A stretch of 64,000 nucleotides of DNA from an uncultured Pelagibacteraceae bacterium (GTDB taxonomy: Bacteria > Pseudomonadota > Alphaproteobacteria > Pelagibacterales > Pelagibacteraceae). Both the position numbers and the translations under genes were made by a program. A model generated the notes under the pieces. It had not been told where the DNA came from, searched no databases, and worked only from the letters and a program-made list of their open reading frames with translations. The DNA is taken from contig CACHWJ010000005.1 in the NCBI GenBank assembly GCA_902583635.1, forward strand, positions 10,294-74,293, in the 5' to 3' direction. Each line of letters begins with the position of its first letter. The first letter of the stretch is position 1. Positions 49,860-60,591 of the stretch are shown in pieces.

Positions 49860-51381
49860 AGTGTCTAGTTTTTGAAAAAACTAAAACTGTATCAGTTTCG
49901 TTTGCAAACTTAATTATTTCTTTATCCCTTATTGATCCTGATGGTTGGATTACTGCTTGAACTCCTGATTGAACTAACTTTTCAATACCATCAACAAATG
50001 GAAAAAATGCATCTGAAGCTGCAACTAATTTCTGATTAGATTTATTAAATTTCTTCATTTTATTTATTGCTATTTTACAGCTATCCAATCTACTCGGCTG
50101 TCCAGATCCAATACCAGCGGTTGTATCATTTGCAGCAAGAACAATCGCGTTAGATTTAACAAATCGGCATACATTAAATGCAAAAATTAAATCTTTCATT
50201 TCTTTTACACTTGGTTTTCGTTTTGATACAATTTTTAAATCTTTTGTAGTGAATTTCTTCAGATCTTCCGACTGTATTAACATTTCATTATTACTAGATA
50301 CATGTTTTAAATGGTTATTAACTTTGTAATTAGAAGCGTCTATTAATCTCAAATTTTTCTTTTTCTTTAATATTTTTAAAGCATTAATGTCAAAGTTATT
50401 AGCTACAATTACTTCAAGAAATAACTTACTTAACTCAAGAGCTAAAAGTTTTGTTATTTTAAAATTACAAGAAACTATCCCCCCAAAAGCACTGATAGGA
50501 TCACATGCAAAAGCAGATTTATAGCTTTCAAGGTGGTTTTTTTTTATCGATACCCCACAAGGATTTGCGTGCTTAACAATTACGGTTCCAATATTTTTTG
50601 GAAGTGATTTTGATATTGTTAATGCTGCGAAAATATCGTTATAATTATTATAACTAAGCTGCTTTCCATGGAGTTGTTTGATGTCCATTTCTGATTTTTT
50701 TGAATAAACTCCACTTTCTTGGTGAGGATTTTCACCATACCTGAGTGTTTCAATTAAGTTTCCATGCAAAACTCTTTTTTTAGGAAAGTTTGTATGAGTT
50801 ATTTTATTAAAATAATCTGAAATTATTGAGTCGTAATAAGCTGTTTCAGTAAAAGCAATTCCTGATAGTCTTTTCCTAAAGTCTAAAGATGTAGATCCTT
50901 TATATTTATTTAGTTCATCTATTAATTCAGAATATTGTTCTGATGAAGTAATTACTGTTACATCCTTGTAATTTTTTGCAGCAGATCTAACCATTGTAGG
51001 ACCACCTACATCAATATTTTCAATAATTTTACTGTGATTGCTATTATTTTTTAATGCATTTTCGAATGGATAAAAATTAACGATAACCAAATCTATATTT
51101 TCAAAATTATTAACTCTTAAGTCTTTTAAGTGTATTTTATTATTTCTTTTGTTTAAAATTCCAGCATGTATTTTAGCATGAAGAGTTTTCACTCTTCCCT
51201 CTAAAATTTCTGGTGAGTTGGTAAATTCTGAGACTTCAGTACAATTAAATTTTAATTTTTTAATTTCTTTATAGGTACCACCAGAGCTTATAACTTTTAC
51301 TTTATTTCTTTTTAATACATTTAAAAGGGGTTTTAGGTTTCTTTTATCCGAAACAGAAATAAGAGCTGTTTTAATTTTCAT
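49849..51381 (-). CDS. purH: AICAR transformylase/IMP cyclohydrolase
   Basis: ALISVSDK, GRVKTLH, LRYGENPHQ, KHANPCG, ASDAFFPF, RHFRH. Confidence 0.98.
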   Translation of the reverse strand: MKIKTALISVSDKRNLKPLLNVLKRNKVKVISSGGTYKEIKKLKFNCTEVSEFTNSPEILEGRVKTLHAKIHAGILNKRNNKIHLKDLRVNNFENIDLVIVNFYPFENALKNNSNHSKIIENIDVGGPTMVRSAAKNYKDVTVITSSEQYSELIDELNKYKGSTSLDFRKRLSGIAFTETAYYDSIISDYFNKITHTNFPKKRVLHGNLIETLRYGENPHQESGVYSKKSEMDIKQLHGKQLSYNNYNDIFAALTISKSLPKNIGTVIVKHANPCGVSIKKNHLESYKSAFACDPISAFGGIVSCNFKITKLLALELSKLFLEVIVANNFDINALKILKKKKNLRLIDASNYKVNNHLKHVSSNNEMLIQSEDLKKFTTKDLKIVSKRKPSVKEMKDLIFAFNVCRFVKSNAIVLAANDTTAGIGSGQPSRLDSCKIAINKMKKFNKSNQKLVAASDAFFPFVDGIEKLVQSGVQAVIQPSGSIRDKEIIKFANETDTVLVFSKTRHFRH

Positions 51382-53006
51382 TATAATTTAATTATTTCCC
51401 ATTTTATAATTTGCTCATTTTCTTTATTTATTCCAGAAATAAAAATGTTTTGATTATCTTTGTATGAATTTTTATTACCGAAATATAAACTATTATCAAT
51501 GTTTATGTCTAATTTCTCACAACTAAATCTCCACCCCTCATCCTCTACTTCAATAAGTATAGATTTATTGTCTTGGGTTTTCATCACTTTTGAATTTGGG
51601 TCAAGATGAAATCTAATATCAAATTTTATCTCCTTACTAGAATTTTTTCTTAATATTTTATCAGATCCAATAAACTTGTTTTGTTCTGGATAAAATTCAA
51701 TTTGTCTTTCATGAATTGTGCCAAATTTCTGTAAATATCCGTCATGTGAACCTGAAATTCTCCAAAAATTTTTTTCGTTTACAATATTCTTTTTTGAAAC
51801 TTTAAGTCCTTTTTCAACCAGAATATTTTTATTAGTTTTTTTGGAAGAGCACGAAGAAAAATCTTCGATGATCAAGGTACTATGAAGAGCAGTGCTCTTA
51901 GAGAGTTTATTTAGTTTATTATTTTTGTTTGAGAAATATCCAGCATTGGTTATTAATCTTTTTTGATTTGAAAAAATCTCAAAAGATAGGGCGCCGTATT
52001 GATAATCTGTAGAAAAATTTTTGCTTGGACTAGAGCCTACATCCATTGCTAAAATAATTTTTTTATTTTTCAGGATGGCGTATCCACCAAGCTCGTTCAC
52101 TTCATTTTTAAAAGTATAACCAAATCTTTTTAAGTATTGATCAAAGTCCTTATTTTCTGAATGGTAATTTCCGTTAAAGAAAACGTCAGTACTAATATTT
52201 TTCCATATAAATGCATAGCTTGATCCTAAATAAAATATTGTTTCATCTATATTTTCAGGAATAATATTTTGAGATTCTTTGAACCATTCTCTTATGATAA
52301 TAAAATATTTTAGATAAAAGATTAATTGTTTAATGTTTCTAGACCTTGTAAAGCCCTGGTTGTCAATTGAGGATTTAATTATATTTTTTAAAATACTTAA
52401 TCCACTTTCAAGATAGTTTTTTTCATTTTTATAAGCTAAACCAGTTAAAATTATTGCAGAACAACCAATTAACTTATTTTCAAATGAATTTGAGGATCCA
52501 ATTTCACTTAGCAAATGATTTGCTTGTTTTTGAATCATGTGATCAAACATTAAACGATATTCTTTATCGCTATCTTGATAGGTAAGCTGGTGATTGGACA
52601 GCCACGAAATTATTCTTTTAGAGGTTATATCAAATTCCCAACTATCTTTATCGTATTTACTATTCTTATTTACCCAATTTTTAATGACTGACTGTGTAGT
52701 TTCTTTTGAGGATTTTAAATCAAGACTAAAAAACCAAAAAAAATTATTTAATTTTTCATAGTCTTTTGTGCTCATTTTATTTTTCCAAATAGACTCAACA
52801 GCAAAATCTTCAATTAGGTACTTTTTATTTTGATATTTTATAATTGAAGATAGAATGTGAGGACTTGGTTTATAATGAAAATTGTTGTCAAAAGTTTTTG
52901 AAATTTTTTTTTCATAAAAATTTGAATTTTGATAAATTTTTTTAAATTTATTTTTTAAAGTAAAATACAATTGGCCAAATAAACCTAAGGAATTACCATT
53001 AATCAT
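51381..53006 (-). CDS. Heparinase II/III-like family protein (divergent)
   Basis: GYAIL, DVG, GALSFEI, STALHSTL, HDGY, HERQI, IRFHL; conserved position upstream of purH. Confidence 0.8.
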   Translation of the reverse strand: MINGNSLGLFGQLYFTLKNKFKKIYQNSNFYEKKISKTFDNNFHYKPSPHILSSIIKYQNKKYLIEDFAVESIWKNKMSTKDYEKLNNFFWFFSLDLKSSKETTQSVIKNWVNKNSKYDKDSWEFDITSKRIISWLSNHQLTYQDSDKEYRLMFDHMIQKQANHLLSEIGSSNSFENKLIGCSAIILTGLAYKNEKNYLESGLSILKNIIKSSIDNQGFTRSRNIKQLIFYLKYFIIIREWFKESQNIIPENIDETIFYLGSSYAFIWKNISTDVFFNGNYHSENKDFDQYLKRFGYTFKNEVNELGGYAILKNKKIILAMDVGSSPSKNFSTDYQYGALSFEIFSNQKRLITNAGYFSNKNNKLNKLSKSTALHSTLIIEDFSSCSSKKTNKNILVEKGLKVSKKNIVNEKNFWRISGSHDGYLQKFGTIHERQIEFYPEQNKFIGSDKILRKNSSKEIKFDIRFHLDPNSKVMKTQDNKSILIEVEDEGWRFSCEKLDINIDNSLYFGNKNSYKDNQNIFISGINKENEQIIKWEIIKL

Positions 53007-53010
53007 TAAC

Positions 53011-53670
53011 TTATTTTAGTTTTAATAAATTAATATTCTTTTTTATATCTCCATCATTACTTTTGAATACAGTTGTGCCTGAAACAAGAATATTTGCTCC
53101 TGCATCAATAGCAATTTTAGAATTTTCAAAATTTATTCCACCATCTATTTCAATATCGAAGTTTAAATTTTTTTCTTGTTGAATTTTTTTAAGTTGCTTT
53201 ATTTTATCTAGAACTTCTGGCATAAATTTTTGACCTCCAAAACCAGGATTAACACTCATGATTAAAACCAAATCTATTTGATCTAAAAATTCAGTAATCA
53301 AATCAATTTTTGACTCTGGATTAAGAGAAACACCGACCTTTTTATTTAAGTCTTTAATTGTTTTAATAGACTCACCTAAGCTTTGTGTAGCTTCTGGGTG
53401 AATTGTAATAATATCTGCTCCTGCGTCTGCATATGCTTTTATGTATTTATGTACTGGTGAAATCATCAAGTGTACATCAAACTTTAAAGAACAGTGCTTT
53501 CGAAGAGCCTTAATAACTGGTGGACCAATAGTTAAATTTGGAACAAAGTGACCATCCATGACATCAACATGTATCATGTCTGCACCACCTTCCTCTAATT
53601 TTTTTATTTCAGTGCCTAATTGACTAAAATCAGCTGATAAAATTGAGGGTGAAATTTGTATATTTTTCAT
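53011..53670 (-). CDS. rpe: Ribulose-phosphate 3-epimerase
   Basis: SPSILSADF, HVDVMDGHFVPN, MSVNPGFGGQ, IDGGI. Confidence 0.98.
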   Translation of the reverse strand: MKNIQISPSILSADFSQLGTEIKKLEEGGADMIHVDVMDGHFVPNLTIGPPVIKALRKHCSLKFDVHLMISPVHKYIKAYADAGADIITIHPEATQSLGESIKTIKDLNKKVGVSLNPESKIDLITEFLDQIDLVLIMSVNPGFGGQKFMPEVLDKIKQLKKIQQEKNLNFDIEIDGGINFENSKIAIDAGANILVSGTTVFKSNDGDIKKNINLLKLK

Positions 53671-53698
53671 TGACGACTAGACTTACTAGTATCAATTT

Positions 53699-54055
53699 TT
53701 AAAATTTAATTGAATTAAAAAATTGATAAATTTGTCTCGATATTTCACTTTCGAGAGGAAATGACAGCATACCCATAACAGAATAGCCCAGGATCCAAGG
53801 CATTAAATAAAATCTAATCATATAAAAAAACCAAGCCACATATAAGGGTACCAAAGGTCCAATAATAAATGATGGGGTAATGGGTTTAAATAGTCTGATT
53901 AAAGGATTTGTATATTTAACGAATACCCTCATAAAAAAGAATTGAGAGTCTTCTCTTTGAAAGATGTTCATCGCAACCCGGCCAATTAATGTCCACATGA
54001 TTATCCCAAAAAAATAATCAATAAAATATATGAACGGATGAAAGTTTGCTGACAT
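53699..54055 (-). CDS. Small membrane protein (YggT-like), downstream of the symporter
   Basis: Hydrophobic helices with a YggT-like KYTNPL..ITP segment. Confidence 0.6.
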   Translation of the reverse strand: MSANFHPFIYFIDYFFGIIMWTLIGRVAMNIFQREDSQFFFMRVFVKYTNPLIRLFKPITPSFIIGPLVPLYVAWFFYMIRFYLMPWILGYSVMGMLSFPLESEISRQIYQFFNSIKF

Positions 54056-54077
54056 TTTAGATTTATATTTGAAAATG

Positions 54078-54112
54078 AAAAGAAAGAAAAGGGGCGAAAT
54101 TAATCGCCCCTT
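54078..54112 (-). terminator. Intrinsic terminator of the symporter operon
   Basis: AAGGGGCGA-N6-TCGCCCCTT stem followed on the minus strand by a U-rich tract. Confidence 0.88.
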
Positions 54113-54123
54113 ATAAAGTTTAT

Positions 54124-55935
54124 TTACTGTTTTCCAAGAATTGTTTTACCACTTGGTACACGTACTTCATCAACCATTTTTTGAGTTGCTTTGTCTGGCT
54201 CTTGAGTCATTAAACTCACAACCACCATTGCAACCAAACTAACAGCTGATCCGAAAATACCAAATGTTAATTGAGTAATTCCTAGGAAGCCACTTCCACC
54301 AGTTCGTACCCAAACTAAGTACCAAGTACCAGCAGCTAGACCTCCTAACATACCAGCAATAGCACCTTGTCTGTTAGCTCTCTTCCACCATACACCAAGT
54401 ACAAGTGGGAAGAACAATCCAGACATCGCAAAGTCAAATGCCCAGATAACCGAACCCAAGATACCTTGGATCTCCATTGCCGCGATCGTTGCTCCAGCAA
54501 AACCAATTACTACAAGTAGTACCCTTGCAACAACTAGTCGTTTTGCAGTTTCCGCTTTTGGATCAATGATCTTATAGTAAACATCATGTGATATAGCGTT
54601 TGCAATTGCTAAGATCAAACCATCGGCTGTTGACATGGCAGCTGCCATACCTCCAGCGGCAACTAGACCTGAGATTACGTAAGGTAATCCAGCTATCTCT
54701 GGTGTTGCTAATACAACGGCTTTACCACCCATAAAGAACTCATTTAATTCAACAGTTCCATTTCCGTTAAAGTCGCTGATAAACATTAAGTTTGCTTGGT
54801 TCCAGTTTTGATACCAATCTATCGCTTGAACTTCTGCAATTGATTTACCGATAATACCAGTTGATAAATTCGGATCAATCAATGACAACTTAGATAGTGT
54901 AGCTAACATTGGAGCAGAAGAATAAAGTAGGAAGATAAAGAATAGTGACCAACCTACTGATTTTCTAGCTGCTTTAACACTTGGAGTAGTAAAGTATCTC
55001 ATCATCACGTGTGGTAATGATGCTGTTCCCATCATCATCGCCAATGCTAATGAAATAAATGCCCAAGGTGTTGCGTTAACTGCAGAGTGAGCTTTAGTTA
55101 TTCCTGCTAGGCCTTTAGGTACCGTTGCTAAATCAGCAGCAGAGTTTTTAACAAACCCAAACTGAGATTCTAACTCACCGATTCTAGCCACTTCATCAGC
55201 TAACATAAAGTGCGGGAAGAAACCTGCACCCATTTTGTTACTGATCCAGAATACTGGAAGTAAGTAAGCTATAATTAGTACGATATATTGTGCAACCTGT
55301 GTCCAAGTTACCCCTCTCATACCACCTAACATTGAACATAATAAAATACTTATTAGTCCAATATAAACTGCGTATTGGAATGGGATATCAAGTGCAACAG
55401 ATGCAATAGTACCTGTAGCGTTAATTTGTGCTGTTACATAAGTAAATGAAGCAACGGTTAAAACCACTACTGCACTAAATCTTGCTAAATTACCACCGTA
55501 TCTTGTACCTATGAAATCTGGAACTGTATAACAGCCAAATTTTCTTAAGTATGGTGCTAATAAAGATGCAACTAACACGTAACCACCAGTCCAACCTACA
55601 AGTAGAGCCATATAACCGTAACCTTTAAAATAAATACCCCCAGCCATTGCAACGAATGAAGCACCAGACATCCAGTCTGCTGCCGTGGCCATTCCGTTGA
55701 ATACTGTTGGTACTTGTCTTCCAGCTACGTAATATGCATCTGCTTGGGCTGTTCGTGACAGGTAGCCGATCAATGCATAGATGAACACGGTAAATGCTAC
55801 GAAAGCAATACCGATTGCTTTAGCAGTCATACCCATCTGTTCTGCAATTGCCATAATAATTATGAATCCTATAAACCCTCCGGTATAGATTCCATAAATC
55901 TTAGGCAAGTTGTCTATAAAATTACCCTGTTTCAT
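54124..55935 (-). CDS. actP: Sodium:solute symporter, ActP-like (acetate/monocarboxylate)
   Basis: YYVAGR, NGMATAADWMSGASF, GTASLPH..MRYFT, AAMSTADG; near acs. Confidence 0.85.
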   Translation of the reverse strand: MKQGNFIDNLPKIYGIYTGGFIGFIIIMAIAEQMGMTAKAIGIAFVAFTVFIYALIGYLSRTAQADAYYVAGRQVPTVFNGMATAADWMSGASFVAMAGGIYFKGYGYMALLVGWTGGYVLVASLLAPYLRKFGCYTVPDFIGTRYGGNLARFSAVVVLTVASFTYVTAQINATGTIASVALDIPFQYAVYIGLISILLCSMLGGMRGVTWTQVAQYIVLIIAYLLPVFWISNKMGAGFFPHFMLADEVARIGELESQFGFVKNSAADLATVPKGLAGITKAHSAVNATPWAFISLALAMMMGTASLPHVMMRYFTTPSVKAARKSVGWSLFFIFLLYSSAPMLATLSKLSLIDPNLSTGIIGKSIAEVQAIDWYQNWNQANLMFISDFNGNGTVELNEFFMGGKAVVLATPEIAGLPYVISGLVAAGGMAAAMSTADGLILAIANAISHDVYYKIIDPKAETAKRLVVARVLLVVIGFAGATIAAMEIQGILGSVIWAFDFAMSGLFFPLVLGVWWKRANRQGAIAGMLGGLAAGTWYLVWVRTGGSGFLGITQLTFGIFGSAVSLVAMVVVSLMTQEPDKATQKMVDEVRVPSGKTILGKQ

Positions 55936-56195
55936 TATTCATCCTCTCTTTCGCTGAAGCCAAACTCTTCATCGATTTTTTCTTGCCTATTCGCAAACCA
56001 GAAAATTAGAATTACGAATGCGCCAAGAGATCCCTGACATGTAAACCAATATGTCCACGGATAACCGAAAGGTCCTGTGACCTCGTTCATTTCAGCTCCA
56101 AAAAGGAAGATGCCAATTGAGAATATAAACCAGATTGCTAACGTTATCATCAGCAAACCTCTGGATTTCTCCCAATGTTTTTCTTGATTTGACAT
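55935..56195 (-). CDS. Symporter small subunit (DUF4212)
   Basis: HW, GYP..YW...QGS, IDEEFG; GAGG RBS; translationally coupled to the symporter. Confidence 0.88.
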   Translation of the reverse strand: MSNQEKHWEKSRGLLMITLAIWFIFSIGIFLFGAEMNEVTGPFGYPWTYWFTCQGSLGAFVILIFWFANRQEKIDEEFGFSEREDE

Positions 56196-56329
56196 TTTTA
56201 CCTCTCTATTTAGTTATAACTGGCAAAACCATAACCATTATGAGGCTTTTGAAAAGACCTAAATTTAACCATAATAGGTACTTATTTACTGACTTTTTTA
56301 AGGTATAAATGCCACATACAGGGCAAATT

Positions 56330-56953
56330 ATGTCAAAATACAAGTTAACTTGGAAAGATCTAACAACAACGGATTTTAAAACATATTTGTTCGCAATGTT
56401 TAAAGCGTTCATCCCTAAAAAAAAAATTAAAAATTTAGATGAACTCGAAGTATTTATTCAAACTAAATCTGCATGGGTTACGCAAGTAACTTTATATAAT
56501 TATTTAAAAACTCGAATGGGAACAAGATATGTCCTCCATTTTGATAATGATGAATTCATGGGATCTGTAAATCTTGCCAAATGGAATATTTACTCTGTTG
56601 CTCTCCAAGACTTATCGTTTTTTACCTTCTCTTATTTGAGAGTTAATTTCAATTTTCAAGACACTGATAAAGCAAAAGAAATTTTTAATAAAATATTAGA
56701 TGACGAAATTTCGAATAAAATGCCATTAGATATTGTTGACCAGGCTAGAGTAGATTTTGACAAGAGATTTCAAAATATTAAGTGGGATAACTATTATACA
56801 GACCTTCCATTTAATCCAAGCGCACTGTCATTGTATAAATGGGCACCAATTGCTGAAGAGTTAAAAACTCTAGATCGAAAAATTGTCTTAAATTCTATGA
56901 TATTAAAGTGGGACGTTATTAAACAAGAATTTCAAAACTTAATTCAGTTTTAA
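56330..56953 (+). CDS. Hypothetical protein
   Basis: Long ORF with host-like codon usage (YLKTRMGT motif); alternative start at 56309. Confidence 0.7.
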   Translation: MSKYKLTWKDLTTTDFKTYLFAMFKAFIPKKKIKNLDELEVFIQTKSAWVTQVTLYNYLKTRMGTRYVLHFDNDEFMGSVNLAKWNIYSVALQDLSFFTFSYLRVNFNFQDTDKAKEIFNKILDDEISNKMPLDIVDQARVDFDKRFQNIKWDNYYTDLPFNPSALSLYKWAPIAEELKTLDRKIVLNSMILKWDVIKQEFQNLIQF

Positions 56954-59034
56954 ATATTCTTCCTATTATCTACTAAACTATCAACAACACTAGGATCAGC
57001 TAATGTAGTGGTGTCTCCTAGCTCACCATGTTCATTGGCAGCAATTTTTCTTAAAATTCTTCTCATTATTTTTCCTGATCTAGTCTTTGGAAGACCCGGT
57101 GTAAAATGAATTAAGTCTGGAGTTGCTAGTGGCCCAATCTGTTTTCTGACCCAAAGTTTTAAATCTCTTTCAAGATCTCCAGTTTCAGTTTCTCCTGCAT
57201 TTAAAGTCACATAACAATACAAACCATTTCCTTTAATATCATGAGGATAACCAACTACTGCTGCTTCAGCAACTTTAGGATGAGCTACAAATGCACTTTC
57301 AATTTCAGCAGTACCTAGATTATGTCCAGAAACAATAATTACATCATCAACTCTTCCTGTGATCCAGTAATAACCATCTTTATCTCTTCTACAGCCATCA
57401 CCAGTAAAATATTTTCCATTAAATTGAGAAAAATACGTATCGATAAATCTTTGATGGTCTCCATAAACAGTTCTCATTTGACCTGGCCATGATTGAGCAA
57501 TACAAAGTCTTCCTTCACCAGCTCCTTTTATTTCTTTGCCATTTTTATCAACAATAGCAGGCTTAATTCCATAGAAAGGTTTTGTAGCTGAACCAGGTTT
57601 TAATGGAATAGCTCCAGTTTGAGGGGCAATCAGTATTCCACCAGTTTCAGTTTGCCACCAAGTATCTACAATGGGTGACTTTGAGTTTCCAACTGTTTTG
57701 TAGTACCACATCCAAGCCTCTGGATTAATCGGTTCACCAACAGTTCCAAGTAATTTTAGAGATTTTCTAGAGGTTTTTTTAACCGGTTTATCACCTTCAC
57801 GCATTAAAGCTCTAATTGCTGTGGGAGCGGTGTAGAAAATATTAACTTTATATTTATCAACGATCTGCCACCATCTTGAAGTGTCAGGATAATTAGGAAT
57901 TCCCTCAAACATGATTGTTGTTGCACCATTAGCAAGAGGTCCATAAATAATATAACTATGTCCAGTTACCCAACCAATATCAGCAGTACACCAATAGATA
58001 TCTTTTGGCTTATAGTTAAAAATATATTGATGAGTCATTGATGCATAAACCATATACCCACCTGTAGTATGAAGAACTCCTTTTGGTTTACCCGTTGATC
58101 CTGAGGTATATAAAATAAATAAAGGATCCTCAGCATTCATTTCTTCAGGTTCACAATGACTTGAAACATCTTTAATTAAATCATGATACCAAACATCTCT
58201 TTCTTCATTCCAATTAATGTAATTTCCAGTTCGTTTAACAACAATACATTTTTTAACATTTGGACAACTTGTTAGAGCTTCATCGGTTGTGTATTTTAAT
58301 GGAATAGTTTTTCCACCTCTAACACCTTCGTCTGCAGTGATTATATATTCAGATTCGCAATCATTAACTCTTCCAGAAATCGACTCTGCAGAAAAACCGC
58401 CAAATATTATTGAATGAACCGCACCAATTCTAACACATGCTAGCATTAAAATTGCAAGCTCAGGGATCATGGTTAAATAAATTGTAACTCGATCGCCTTT
58501 TTTAATTCCAAGTTTTTTTAATCCATTCGCAGCTTTTGAAACTTTTTGGTGTAATTGTTTATAAGTTATTTTTTGACTATCTTTTGGGTCATCACCAACC
58601 CAAATAATTGCAGTTTTATCTTTTTTGTCTTTTAAATGTCTATCGATACAGTTTGCAGAAGCATTTAGAGTTCCATCTTCATACCATTTAATTTTTACTT
58701 CTTTAGTACTGTATTTAACATCTTTAATTTTTTTATAAGGTTTTATCCAAGTAATTCTTTTTCCCTCTTTCCTCCAAAAATCATCATTACTTTTTATAGA
58801 TTGAGAGTATTTTTGTTGGTATTTGCTTTTGTTTGCCAAACTTGCTTTTACCCACTCTGGTTTAGTTTTTATTACTATTTCAGGGGGAGAAGAACCATTA
58901 TCTTTTTTGGTCTTCTTTTTACTTTTCTTTCTTTTTTTAATTTTTTTTGAAACCTTTTTTACTTTAGTTTTTTTCTTAACTTTTTTAGAAGATTTTTTTT
59001 TTACTCTAGATTTTTTTTTCTTTTTTTTTGGCAT
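56950..59034 (-). CDS. acs: Acetyl-CoA synthetase with Lys-rich N-terminal extension
   Basis: [33 protein letters not shown]. Confidence 0.97.
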   Translation of the reverse strand: MPKKKKKKSRVKKKSSKKVKKKTKVKKVSKKIKKRKKSKKKTKKDNGSSPPEIVIKTKPEWVKASLANKSKYQQKYSQSIKSNDDFWRKEGKRITWIKPYKKIKDVKYSTKEVKIKWYEDGTLNASANCIDRHLKDKKDKTAIIWVGDDPKDSQKITYKQLHQKVSKAANGLKKLGIKKGDRVTIYLTMIPELAILMLACVRIGAVHSIIFGGFSAESISGRVNDCESEYIITADEGVRGGKTIPLKYTTDEALTSCPNVKKCIVVKRTGNYINWNEERDVWYHDLIKDVSSHCEPEEMNAEDPLFILYTSGSTGKPKGVLHTTGGYMVYASMTHQYIFNYKPKDIYWCTADIGWVTGHSYIIYGPLANGATTIMFEGIPNYPDTSRWWQIVDKYKVNIFYTAPTAIRALMREGDKPVKKTSRKSLKLLGTVGEPINPEAWMWYYKTVGNSKSPIVDTWWQTETGGILIAPQTGAIPLKPGSATKPFYGIKPAIVDKNGKEIKGAGEGRLCIAQSWPGQMRTVYGDHQRFIDTYFSQFNGKYFTGDGCRRDKDGYYWITGRVDDVIIVSGHNLGTAEIESAFVAHPKVAEAAVVGYPHDIKGNGLYCYVTLNAGETETGDLERDLKLWVRKQIGPLATPDLIHFTPGLPKTRSGKIMRRILRKIAANEHGELGDTTTLADPSVVDSLVDNRKNI

Positions 59035-59048
59035 GTGAATTTTTAATA

Positions 59049-59462
59049 TTAAATCTTACTCATGTTATTTATAATTTTCCAGCTTTTATAATCAATTGGC
59101 ATGACAGATAATCTGCTCTGTTTAATTAACGCTAAATCCCCCAATTCTTTGTGTTTTTTTATATTTTCTAAAGTAACTGGTCTTTCTAATTTCTTTTTAA
59201 ACTTAACAGTGACAGCTACAAAGCGACCACTTTTGTCAGTTTTGTCTATGTAATGCTCTTTAATGACTTCCACAATACCCACAATCTCTTTACCGATATT
59301 TGAGTGATAAAAAAAACAAAGATCACCCTTTTTCATAGTCTTTAAATTTTTTGCAGCTTGATAATTTCTTACACCATCCCACGGAGCACCTTTAGCACCT
59401 GATTTCATTTGTTGATCAATAGACCATACATCTGGTTCAGATTTCATTAACCAATATTGCAT
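59049..59462 (-). CDS. EVE domain protein
   Basis: [27 protein letters not shown]. Confidence 0.95.
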   Translation of the reverse strand: MQYWLMKSEPDVWSIDQQMKSGAKGAPWDGVRNYQAAKNLKTMKKGDLCFFYHSNIGKEIVGIVEVIKEHYIDKTDKSGRFVAVTVKFKKKLERPVTLENIKKHKELGDLALIKQSRLSVMPIDYKSWKIINNMSKI

Positions 59463-60535
59463 TATAATTGAACCCCAGCACCTTTTAAAAAAGCAGCATC
59501 TTCATCCAACGGCCATCTAGGCTTTGCGGGGTGATCCATTTCACTAAACTGTTTTAATTTAAATTTTTCTAAACCAACCATAGCTATCATTGCAGCATTA
59601 TCTCCACAAAGTTCTTTTGGCGGAAAGATGCTTTGGTAATTTTGTTCTTCACATAAACTGATTAGCATATTTCTAATATTCTCGTTAGCTGCTACTCCTC
59701 CAGCAACCACAAAATTTTTTTTTGTTGGTTTGCTCTGTTTTTCGAAATCTGTAAAAGCAATTTTAGTTTTTTTGTATAAAATTTCTTCAATTGTCCTTTG
59801 AAATGATGCAGCAAGATCAAATTTTTCTTGATCAGTTTTAATATTTTTTGTTATTTTTAATACTGCAGTTTTAAGTCCTGCAAAAGATAAGTTACAACCG
59901 CCTTTATTAAAAATAGGTTTTGGTAAATTATATTTACTAGGATCACCTTTTTTTGCTAAAATTTCTATTTGTGGACCTCCTGGAAATTCTATTCCTAAAA
60001 GTTTCGCAGTTTTATCAAATGCTTCTCCTAAAGCGTCATCAATTGTAGTTCCTAATCTTTTATATTTACCTAAACCTTGAACATTTAAAAATTGTGAATG
60101 ACCGCCTGATATTAACAAAAGCAGGTAGGGATAATTTAAATTTGAATTTAATTTAGGACTTAAGGCGTGACCCTCTAGATGATTAACTGCTATAAAAGGT
60201 TTATCTATAGAAGCGGCAAATGCTTTTCCAAAACTTAAACCAACTGATAGACAAACAATTAAGCCGGGTCCTGCAGTTGAAGCTACAGCATCAATTTCAT
60301 CAATTTTTTTTCCACTATCATCAATAGCTTTTTGAACAATCCAATCAATTTTTTCAATATGGGATCGTGCTGCTAATTCTGGAACCACTCCACCAAATTC
60401 TTTATGAACTTCAACTTGGCTTGAAACAATATTTGATAAAATTACAGGGTTTCCCAGTTCATTTTCAGTTATTATCGATGCAGCTGTCTCATCACAGCTC
60501 GTTTCTATTCCAAGAATTAAGGGTTTTTTGCTCAT
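59462..60535 (-). CDS. tsaD: tRNA t6A synthesis protein TsaD
   Basis: LGIETSCDET, GGVVPELAARSH, NHLEGH, GEAFDK, DNAAMIA. Confidence 0.98.
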   Translation of the reverse strand: MSKKPLILGIETSCDETAASIITENELGNPVILSNIVSSQVEVHKEFGGVVPELAARSHIEKIDWIVQKAIDDSGKKIDEIDAVASTAGPGLIVCLSVGLSFGKAFAASIDKPFIAVNHLEGHALSPKLNSNLNYPYLLLLISGGHSQFLNVQGLGKYKRLGTTIDDALGEAFDKTAKLLGIEFPGGPQIEILAKKGDPSKYNLPKPIFNKGGCNLSFAGLKTAVLKITKNIKTDQEKFDLAASFQRTIEEILYKKTKIAFTDFEKQSKPTKKNFVVAGGVAANENIRNMLISLCEEQNYQSIFPPKELCGDNAAMIAMVGLEKFKLKQFSEMDHPAKPRWPLDEDAAFLKGAGVQL

Positions 60536-60591
60536 TCAAATAGTTTTTAATAATTGTACAATCTCAATACAAGTAAGAAATAAATATATTT

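Noticed and set aside
56196-56329. Riboswitch or operator upstream of the DUF4212-actP operon
   Set aside because: Only a weak imperfect inverted repeat (AGGCTTTTGAAAAGACCT) and short AACCATAA repeats; insufficient support.
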